64,000 nt of DNA from an uncultured Thermoleophilia bacterium (GTDB lineage Bacteria > Actinomycetota > Thermoleophilia > Solirubrobacterales > 70-9): assembly GCA_963715735.1 (NCBI GenBank), contig OY970268.1:2513529-2577528 (forward strand), in the 5' to 3' direction. Position 1 is the first letter of the stretch. Each line of letters begins with the position of its first letter. Below the pieces are notes generated by a model. The model was not told where the DNA came from. It saw only the letters and a list, made by a program, of their open reading frames with translations, and did not search any database. Positions 9,284 to 16,418 of this stretch are shown piece by piece. The position numbers were made by a program, and so were the translations under genes.

Positions 9284-10268
9284 CGGCCGTGCCAAGGCGC
9301 TGGTCGCGCTGGCCGTCGTCTGCGTGCTCGCCGGCGGCGCCTACGTCGCCTTCGCCGCCACCGGGCCGGGCGAGACGACCAGCGACGCCGCGCCGCGGGC
9401 GGGCGAGGTGCTTGCCCGCACGAAGCTGATGGTGCGGGCGGTCGACCCGGACAACCCGCGCCTCAACGGCCGCGTCTACGTGCTCGACGACGGCAAGCTG
9501 CAGCGCTCCCCCGGCGACCTCGGCTGCGAGCGTGTCTACTTCGCCGCCGGGCACGGGATCTGCATGGGGGTGGCGGGCTCGGGGGTCGACTACACGGCGA
9601 CTGTCTTCGACTCCGACCTGCAGCCGGTGCACTCCTTCCCGCTGACCGGGCTGCCCTCGCGCGCCCGGGTCTCAGCCGACGGCCGCTACGGCTCGATGAC
9701 CGTATTCGTCAGCGGCGACGCCTATCTGGAATCCAGCGTCGCCTTCTCGACCCGCACCTATGTGGTCGACATGGAGAGCGGTGAGGTCCTGACGCAGCTC
9801 GAGCAGTTCGATGCGAGCAAGGACGGCGAGTCCTTCGGCGCCCCCGACTTCAACTACTGGGGGATCACCTTCGACCCCAACGACTCCGACCGCTTCTTCG
9901 CCACCCTGGCGACCGGCGAGCACCACTACCTGGTCGAAGGCAGCGTCAGCGGGCGCTCGGTGAAGGTCCTGCGCGACGGGGTCGAGTGCCCCTCACTCTC
10001 CCCCGACGGCACCCGGATCGCCTTCAAGAGCCGGGTCGACAAGGGCGAGAACTGGCGAGTCCGGGTGCTCGACGTGGCGACGCTGGAGGACCACGCGGTG
10101 GCCGAGGACCGCTCGGTCGACGACCAGGTCGAGTGGCTCGACAACGAGACGCTTGCCTACTCCGACGAAATCAACGTCTACACCGTGCCCGCCGACGGCA
10201 GCGGCGAAGAGAAGGTGCTGGTCAAGGACGCGACCTCGCCGGTACGGCTCAGCGAATCGCTGGGCTAG
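9276..10268 (+). CDS. membrane-anchored or secreted beta-propeller protein (TolB/WD40-like repeats)
   Basis: N-terminal hydrophobic anchor (ALVALAVVCVLAGGAYVAFAA). TolB-like repeats are present (SLSPDGTRIAFKS, SADGRYGS). The start overlaps the MFS stop by 8 nt. Confidence 0.6.
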   Translation: MGSGRAKALVALAVVCVLAGGAYVAFAATGPGETTSDAAPRAGEVLARTKLMVRAVDPDNPRLNGRVYVLDDGKLQRSPGDLGCERVYFAAGHGICMGVAGSGVDYTATVFDSDLQPVHSFPLTGLPSRARVSADGRYGSMTVFVSGDAYLESSVAFSTRTYVVDMESGEVLTQLEQFDASKDGESFGAPDFNYWGITFDPNDSDRFFATLATGEHHYLVEGSVSGRSVKVLRDGVECPSLSPDGTRIAFKSRVDKGENWRVRVLDVATLEDHAVAEDRSVDDQVEWLDNETLAYSDEINVYTVPADGSGEEKVLVKDATSPVRLSESLG

Positions 10269-11820
10269 CCGCGGTCTCGTCGAGCAGGGCGAGCATCGCC
10301 TTGCGATCGAACTTGCCGTTGGCATTGAGGGGAAGCTCGGCGATCAGCTCGATCCGCCGCGGCACCATGTACTCGGGCAGGCGCTCGGCGAGCTGTTCCC
10401 GAAGCGCGCGCACGTCGGCCTCTGGGTCGGCCAGAAAGGCGGCGATGCCGCCGGCGCCGCTCTCGGTCAAGGGCCAGCCGACGGCGATCGCGGCGTCGAT
10501 GCCGGAGGCGTCGCGGAGGGCCGCCTCGATCTCCCCGATCTCAACCCTGTGCCCCATCACCTTGATCTGGTGATCGAGGCGACCGAGGTAGACGAGCGGA
10601 TCCTGGGGGCGAGCGGGCCTGCGGACACGGTCGCCGGTCCGGTAGTGGATGCCCTCGGTTCCCGGGGGTTCGACGAAGGCAGCCGCGGTCTTCTCGGCGT
10701 CCTGCCAGTAGCCCGGCGTCACCTGGGGTCCGGAGAGCAGCAGCTCACCGTCTTCGCCGGGTTCGACCTGGCGCAGGCTCTCGTCGACGACGATCGTGCC
10801 AGTGGCCCCCAGCGCCGCTCCGATCGAGACGATGCCGTTGACCTCGTCCTCTCCGTCGAGCTCGGGCCGGACGCGCTGGATCGTGCAGGCGATCGTCGCC
10901 TCGGTCGGACCGTAGAGATTCTCAACCGTCGAAGCGGGCGCGGCGGCGGCCCAGGCCCGGGCCAGCTCCCCCGGCAACGGCTCACCGCAGAACAGGCTCC
11001 AGCGGAGGGCCGGATAGCTGTCGGGCTTCAGCATCCGCAGCTTCCGCATCATCGCTCCCAGCGAGGGCACCGAGAACCAGACCGTCAGCTCGGAGTCGCG
11101 GATGAAGCGGGCGGGCGAGATCAGCTGCGCGGTCGACGGGCAGCAGAGGCAGCCGCCGCATCCCCAGGCCGCGAACATGTCGAAGACGGAGAGATCGAAG
11201 GTGAGGTCGAAGGTCTGCGAGAAGCGATCCTCGGGGCCGAAGTCGTATCGCTTCCGGATCGCATCCAGAAAGGCGACGACGTTCCGCTGGGCGACGCCGA
11301 CGCCCTTCGGCCGGCCGGTGCTGCCGGAGGTGAAGAGCAGGTAGGCGATCGCGTCACCGCCGAGCCTCGGCGGGAGCGGATCGATCGGCTCGAGCCCGGA
11401 GTCGGCGACCGCGTCGGCGGCGATCACCGTCGGCGGATCCGAGAGGCCCTCCAGCAGCTCGGCGACCAGCTCTTCGCGTTCACCGTCGACCACGAGAGTC
11501 CGCGCGCCGGAGCGGAGCAGCATCTCGCGGCAGCGATCGACGGGGAAGCTCGGGTTGAGCGGCACGTAGCCGTTGCCAGCCCATAGAGCGCCGAGGATGC
11601 CGGCGTAGGCCGCCGTGGAGCGCGAGCCGTAGACGGCGGTCAGGGCCGGGTCGCCGTCGGACTGCGCGGCCGCGATCGCGGCGCCGATCCGTGCGGCCCG
11701 CAGCGCCAGCTCGCCGTAGCTGAGACGTTCCGCGGCGACCTCGAGGGCGAGGCCCTCCGGCGTCTCGTCTGCGCAGCGCAGAAAGCCGCTGAGCAGGGTG
11801 GCGCCACTCGGTGCAGTCAT
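10249..11820 (-). CDS. stand-alone adenylation enzyme (ANL superfamily, DltA/NRPS A-domain-like)
   Basis: Core motifs LFTSGSTGRPKGV, FDLTFDLSVFD, NLYGPTE, YRTGDRV, GRLDHQIKVMGHRVEIGEIE and NANGKFDRKA. No fused carrier, condensation or thioesterase domain. Confidence 0.9.
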   Translation of the reverse strand: MTAPSGATLLSGFLRCADETPEGLALEVAAERLSYGELALRAARIGAAIAAAQSDGDPALTAVYGSRSTAAYAGILGALWAGNGYVPLNPSFPVDRCREMLLRSGARTLVVDGEREELVAELLEGLSDPPTVIAADAVADSGLEPIDPLPPRLGGDAIAYLLFTSGSTGRPKGVGVAQRNVVAFLDAIRKRYDFGPEDRFSQTFDLTFDLSVFDMFAAWGCGGCLCCPSTAQLISPARFIRDSELTVWFSVPSLGAMMRKLRMLKPDSYPALRWSLFCGEPLPGELARAWAAAAPASTVENLYGPTEATIACTIQRVRPELDGEDEVNGIVSIGAALGATGTIVVDESLRQVEPGEDGELLLSGPQVTPGYWQDAEKTAAAFVEPPGTEGIHYRTGDRVRRPARPQDPLVYLGRLDHQIKVMGHRVEIGEIEAALRDASGIDAAIAVGWPLTESGAGGIAAFLADPEADVRALREQLAERLPEYMVPRRIELIAELPLNANGKFDRKAMLALLDETAASPAIR

Positions 11821-11947
11821 ACCTCGAAAACGTCAGCGCGGCGCCGATTCTTGCGGGCCGTGCCTGGGGATTCCCGAGCCGGCTGAAAGTACAACGTCTT
11901 CGAGTCGTTGTTTCGGTATGGATACCGGCGCCGAGGCAGGAGCGACT

Positions 11948-12247
11948 ATGGAGTCATCCACCCGCGGCGAGGCCGCCGCGGCGGCGCGGACGAAGATTCT
12001 CGATTTCTGCGGTCCGGCGCTAGCCGCCTACGGTGTCGATCCCGCCGCTGCGACCGACGATCTCGACCTCCGCGCCAGCGGCGCGATCGACTCGCTCGGA
12101 TTCGTCGAGCTGGTGGTGGTGCTGGAGGAAGCGTTCGGGGTCGAGCTGGATCTGGAAGACATCGATCCCGAGGCGCTTACCGTGCTGGGACCGTTCAGCG
12201 GGCACGTCGGTGCTCAGGTCGCAGCGGCGACGGGGCCGGCGGAATGA
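11948..12247 (+). CDS. acyl/peptidyl carrier protein
   Basis: Phosphopantetheine attachment motif GAIDSLGFVELVVVLEEAFG. ATG 11948 is preceded by AGGAGC; ATG 11918 is an alternative start. Confidence 0.75.
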   Translation: MESSTRGEAAAAARTKILDFCGPALAAYGVDPAAATDDLDLRASGAIDSLGFVELVVVLEEAFGVELDLEDIDPEALTVLGPFSGHVGAQVAAATGPAE

Positions 12248-12744
12248 GGTATGAGTCGACCGCGGCCGGAGCGAAGCGCCGAGTGCTGGCGATCTTGGCC
12301 CTCTACGGACCGGGAGCGGAGACGGTCCGGGTTCGTCTCCACCGCCGCCGCGGGGTCAGGATCGGCAGCGGCTGTTTCATCGGCACCGACGTCATCCTCG
12401 AGACCGCGTTCCCTCATCTGATCGAGATCGGCAATCGCGTGGACGTCGGCATGCGAACCACGATGATCGCCCATCAGCAAGGTGAGATCGCCGACGAAAC
12501 CAAGCCTTCGGTGCGAATCGGGGACGACGTCTTCATCGGGCCCGGCTCGATGATCCTGCCGCACGTGACGATCGGGGCCGGCGCCGTGGTCGCCGCGGGC
12601 AGCATCGTCACCACCTCGGTACCGCCGCTGACGATGGTCCGCGGCAATCCCGCTGCGCCGGTGGCGACCTGCAAGGTGCCGCTCGGCCGATCGACTCCCC
12701 TGCGTGAGTTCTACCGCGGCATGCGCCCCGTGCGGGCGAAATGA
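12244..12744 (+). CDS. left-handed beta-helix (hexapeptide-repeat) acyltransferase
   Basis: Hexapeptide repeats (IGSGCFIGTDVIL, IGNRVDVG, IGDDVFIGPGSMILPHVTIGAGAVVAAGSIV) and GNPA. ATGA overlap with the carrier-protein gene. Confidence 0.85.
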   Translation: MRYESTAAGAKRRVLAILALYGPGAETVRVRLHRRRGVRIGSGCFIGTDVILETAFPHLIEIGNRVDVGMRTTMIAHQQGEIADETKPSVRIGDDVFIGPGSMILPHVTIGAGAVVAAGSIVTTSVPPLTMVRGNPAAPVATCKVPLGRSTPLREFYRGMRPVRAK

Positions 12745-13898
12745 AGCGGTTCCTCCGTCGGCCGGAGATCTGGGGACTCGCCGTGGTCGCGGCGATGGTC
12801 GCCTGGATCGCCTGGCCGGATTCCGACAGCGCGGCTCCCGCCGCCCAGACCTCGAAGCAGGTGGGGGGCGCAGCCTGCACCAGGATCGTCGGATCGATCG
12901 AGGCCGCCCGCGATTCCGTCGGAGCTGCCGCTCCCGGCTCGGTCATCTGCCTCCGGGATGGTGAATTCGGAGAGCTCGACCTCAACGCGTCGAAGACCCG
13001 TCCGGGCGTGACTCTGCGTGCCGAGCACCCCGGGAAGGCTTCGCTCGAGGGTCTCTCCATGGATGGGAAGAACCTCACGGTCGCTCGCTTCAAGATCACC
13101 GGCGACATCGAGATCCAACCCGGCTCGACCGCGATGTCGGTCAAGTACAACCGCATCGGTGGCGGCTACTTCGGCATCGACGCCGGCCCGACGACGACGG
13201 TCACGGTGAACGACGTCGCGATCGTCGGCAACAAGTTCGTGGGACCCTTCGGCGAGGACGCGATCCGTCTCAACCGCTACCACGACGCCGACGGCGACGG
13301 GGTCGGCGCCCTGGTCTCCGGCAACGAGTTCACCAACGTTCGCGAGAACGGCAACCACAGCGACTGCCTGCAGACCGTGTGGTACGGCGACCACCTCGTC
13401 TACACCCGCAACTACGTGCACGACAACCGCTGCCAAGGGTTCTTCGTCAAGGACCAGGAGCGCCCGATCGTCGGCATCAGCGTCCTCGACAACCTCTTCC
13501 TACGCAATAACGCCGAGTGCGCACCGGGCGCGTCGGGATGCGGACAGCCCAGCGACTTCCAGGTGTTCGGTCCCTACTCCAAGTTCAAGATGCGCCACAA
13601 CACGATCTGGGGCAACGGCGCGATCGCGGCCTTCCAGGAAGGGACCGGCCCCGGCACGGCGATCCGCGACAACGTCATCTTCAAGTTCTACACCTCGACC
13701 GACCTCGGCTCGGTCCGCTACGAGGACAACACCCGCTGCCAGCGCCAGTCCTCCGAAGGCGGCTCCTGGCCGCGGCGCGCGCCAGGAGAGGTCATCGACT
13801 GCGATCCCGCCTTTCTCGCCCCGGCCGCAGACGACTACCGCCTCGCAAACGAGCGCGGCGTGCGCTGGGCACCGCGCGATCAGCACTACGGCCCCTGA
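12741..13898 (+). CDS. secreted right-handed parallel beta-helix protein (paralog of the C-terminal half of 14145..16403)
   Basis: N-terminal hydrophobic signal/anchor. It shares long motifs with the next gene: DADGDGVG.LV.GNEF, (N/G)H(S/N)D..Q.VW.GDHLV..RNY.HD...QGFFVKDQE and DC.PAF..PAA.DYRLA..RGV.W.P..QHYGP. ATGA overlap with the acyltransferase gene. Confidence 0.7.
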   Translation: MKRFLRRPEIWGLAVVAAMVAWIAWPDSDSAAPAAQTSKQVGGAACTRIVGSIEAARDSVGAAAPGSVICLRDGEFGELDLNASKTRPGVTLRAEHPGKASLEGLSMDGKNLTVARFKITGDIEIQPGSTAMSVKYNRIGGGYFGIDAGPTTTVTVNDVAIVGNKFVGPFGEDAIRLNRYHDADGDGVGALVSGNEFTNVRENGNHSDCLQTVWYGDHLVYTRNYVHDNRCQGFFVKDQERPIVGISVLDNLFLRNNAECAPGASGCGQPSDFQVFGPYSKFKMRHNTIWGNGAIAAFQEGTGPGTAIRDNVIFKFYTSTDLGSVRYEDNTRCQRQSSEGGSWPRRAPGEVIDCDPAFLAPAADDYRLANERGVRWAPRDQHYGP

Positions 13899-13998
13899 GG
13901 TACTCGAACCTCAAAAGGATGAAATTCGGCCATAGCCTGGGTGCAATTCCCGCCTTTTCAAGCCGTTTCCAGTTTTCCGCTCAGGTACGAACCTGAGT
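13898..13998. promoter_or_regulatory. two related palindromes: GAGGTactcgaACCTC (13898-13913) and CTCAGGTacgaACCTGAG (13981-13998)
   Basis: Both contain AGGTAC(T)CGAACCT and lie about 83 bp apart. They sit in a 246-bp lower-GC spacer upstream of the large beta-helix gene. The first could also act as a weak terminator hairpin for 12741..13898. Confidence 0.35.
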
Positions 13999-14061
13999 CT
14001 CCCGACCACGAGCAGTGTGTGTAGGGGGCGTTTCCGCAGTGGCGGTTTGGGTATCGGATAT

Positions 14062-14085
14062 GCGTCCGCCAAGTGGTGGACGCAG
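14062..14085 (+). promoter_or_regulatory. hairpin TGCGTCC-n10-GGACGCA in the putative 5' leader of 14145..16403
   Basis: Perfect 7-bp inverted repeat about 60 nt upstream of the ATG at 14145. Function unknown. Confidence 0.3.
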
Positions 14086-14144
14086 TTCAAGCAAGGGAAC
14101 CGCCGCCCGATGCAGTGGACCTGATGGCGGAAAGGGGGCTGGCA

Positions 14145-16403
14145 ATGCAGTGCACCAACGCACTCAAAATCAAGAGGGTCGCTCGCATGGTGGGTGGCCT
14201 ATCGGCGCTCGTGGCGCTCGCTGCCTGCACCGCAGCGCTCGGCGCTGGACCTGCCGCCGCCCGTGAGGTCGCGCGCAGCGTATGCGTGGTCGGCTTCGGC
14301 GCCGATCTAGGCCACGGCTTCGGCGCCTGGGCCAACCTTGACCGTGACTGCCGGTTCCAGCCCGCACGGGGAGATCGTGCGGTCGCCAAACGGGTCGCCG
14401 TTGGTCCCAAACGCCATCGGCACCGCCGCCGTCCCCCGCGGGCGGTCCAGCAGACGCCACCAGCACCCACTCCTGGTCAGCCGGCGACGAACCCGCCGGT
14501 GACCCCGCCGTCCCATCCTTCGCCCCCCAGCCCGACCGACACCAGCCCGCCCCAGACTTCCCTGAGCGCCGGGCCGAACGGTGCTACTAGCGCGACCTCC
14601 GCGAGTTTCTCGTTCAGTTCGAGCGAGTCCGGCTCGAGCTTCGCCTGCCGCATCGACAGCGGCGGCTGGAGTTCGTGCAGCTCCCCGAAGGGCTACGCCA
14701 GCCTCGCGACCGGCAGCCACCAGTTCTCGGTGCGCGCCACGGACGCGGCGGGGAACACCGATACCTCTCCCGCCACGCGCGGTTGGACGGTCACCTCGAC
14801 GACGACGCCGCCGCCGGCCGACACCACGGCGCCGGAGACCACGATCGCCTCGGGCCCGAGCGGATCCACCGCCGCGACCGCCGCTTCGTTCACCTTCAGC
14901 TCGAGTGAGTCCGGGTCCAACTTCGCCTGCCAGATCGACACCGGCAGCTGGGGCTCGTGCGGCTCGCCAAAGAGCTACTCGGGTCTCGCGGTCGGCGCCC
15001 ATGACTTCTCGGTCCGCGCGACCGACGCGGCCGGTAACACCGACGCCTCGCCGGCGACCCGCAGTTGGACGGTGACCTCAACGCCGCCGCCGGCCGACAC
15101 GACCGCACCGGAGACGACGATCTCCTCCGGACCGAGCGGCTCCACCAGCGCGACTACCGCTTCCTTCGGCTTCGGCTCGAGCGAGTCGGGATCGACCTTC
15201 GACTGCCGCATCGACAGTGGCAGCTGGGGTTCGTGCAGCTCGCCTCAGGGGTACTCCGGGCTCGCGGTCGGCGCCCATGACTTCTCGGTCCGCGCGACCG
15301 ACGCGGCCGGCAACGCCGACGCTTCCCCGGCCACGCGCAGCTGGACCGTGACCGTGACGACGCCGCCGGCGACCGGCTGCGCGTCGACCGTCTCCAGCGT
15401 CACCGCGGCGCAATCGGCGCTCTCCTCGGCCTCGCCGGGGCAGACCGTCTGCCTCGCCGACGGCACCTACGGCAAACTCACGCTGAGCTCCTCGAAGGCG
15501 GCGCCGGGCGTCACCCTGCGCGCGGCCAACCCGGGGAACGCCACCATCGGCAGCGTGCAAGTCTCGGGATCCGGTTACACCATCTCCCGCTTCGTCATCG
15601 ACGGGGGCGTGACCATCGCCCGTAACACCGACCGGACGGTGGTCGACCACAACCGGATCCTCGCCGGCAATCACTACGGCGTGTTCGTCTGCACGGCGAC
15701 TCCGCCGGATCAGTGCGATGACACGAAGATCGTCGGCAACCTGTTCGACGGCGCGATGGAAGAGGATCAGATCCGCGCCAACGTCTTCCACGATGCCGAC
15801 GGCGACGGGGTCGGCCTATTGGTGGAAGGCAACGAGTTCAGGGGCAACACCGAGCGCGGTGGCCACAACGACGTCTTCCAGTCCGTCTGGGTCGGTGACC
15901 ACCTCGTCTTCAACAGGAACTACCTCCATGACTTCGGCGGCCAGGGCTTCTTCGTCAAGGACCAGGAGACCGCGATCAAAGGCTTCATCGCCAACAACAA
16001 CCTGATCGTCGACCAGGACCGCCCCTGCGAACCGTCGACGCTGTGCACCGGCTACCAGCTCTCGCCGTGGCAGATCTACGGGCCGATCTCCGGCGGGGAA
16101 ATGAGGAACAACACGGTCGGCTGGGGTGCCGGGGGCGGCGGCGCGGTGCTGACTGGGAGCTACACGGACATCGACTTCTCGAACAACGTCTTCAACCGCC
16201 TCTCCAGCACCAACGGCGGCGGCAGCGTGCCGACCCTGACCGGCTCGGGCAACACCTATTGCAACTCGAGCGGCTGGGCGGTGCCTGCGGGGACGACCAA
16301 AGATTGCGCGCCGGCGTTCCTCAACCCCGCCGCCGGGGACTACCGACTGGCCAGCGGCCGCGGCGTCACCTGGGTTCCGGCCGAACAGCACTACGGCCCC
16401 TGA
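14145..16403 (+). CDS. large secreted protein: signal peptide, Pro-rich linker, three tandem Ig-like Cys-containing repeats, C-terminal parallel beta-helix domain
   Basis: ATG 14145 is preceded by AAGGGGG. The signal-like segment is MVGGLSALVALAACTAALGAGPAAA. The C-terminal 400 aa are paralogous to 12741..13898. Confidence 0.75.
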   Translation: MQCTNALKIKRVARMVGGLSALVALAACTAALGAGPAAAREVARSVCVVGFGADLGHGFGAWANLDRDCRFQPARGDRAVAKRVAVGPKRHRHRRRPPRAVQQTPPAPTPGQPATNPPVTPPSHPSPPSPTDTSPPQTSLSAGPNGATSATSASFSFSSSESGSSFACRIDSGGWSSCSSPKGYASLATGSHQFSVRATDAAGNTDTSPATRGWTVTSTTTPPPADTTAPETTIASGPSGSTAATAASFTFSSSESGSNFACQIDTGSWGSCGSPKSYSGLAVGAHDFSVRATDAAGNTDASPATRSWTVTSTPPPADTTAPETTISSGPSGSTSATTASFGFGSSESGSTFDCRIDSGSWGSCSSPQGYSGLAVGAHDFSVRATDAAGNADASPATRSWTVTVTTPPATGCASTVSSVTAAQSALSSASPGQTVCLADGTYGKLTLSSSKAAPGVTLRAANPGNATIGSVQVSGSGYTISRFVIDGGVTIARNTDRTVVDHNRILAGNHYGVFVCTATPPDQCDDTKIVGNLFDGAMEEDQIRANVFHDADGDGVGLLVEGNEFRGNTERGGHNDVFQSVWVGDHLVFNRNYLHDFGGQGFFVKDQETAIKGFIANNNLIVDQDRPCEPSTLCTGYQLSPWQIYGPISGGEMRNNTVGWGAGGGGAVLTGSYTDIDFSNNVFNRLSSTNGGGSVPTLTGSGNTYCNSSGWAVPAGTTKDCAPAFLNPAAGDYRLASGRGVTWVPAEQHYGP
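14538..15366 (+). repeat. three in-frame tandem coding repeats (periods 282 and 276 bp, about 92-94 aa)
   Basis: Each unit reads DT(S/T)(P/A)P(Q/E)T..(S/A)(S/G)GP.G.T....ASF.F.SSESGS.F.C.IDSG.W.SC.SP..YS.LA.G.H.FSVRATDAAGN.D.SPATR.WTV. Confidence 0.9.
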
Positions 16404-16418
16404 GGGGCCCGTACGGCC

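Noticed and set aside
7987-9429. 480-aa Arg/Pro/Gly-rich ORF overlapping the MFS gene in another frame.
   Set aside because: Low-complexity translation. The overlapping frame gives a 12-TM MFS protein with family motifs.
13981-13998. tRNA T-arm-like sequence CAGGTACGAACCTG considered as a tRNA fragment or att site.
   Set aside because: The loop is 4 nt rather than 7. No acceptor or anticodon arms can be built around it, and no integrase is nearby.
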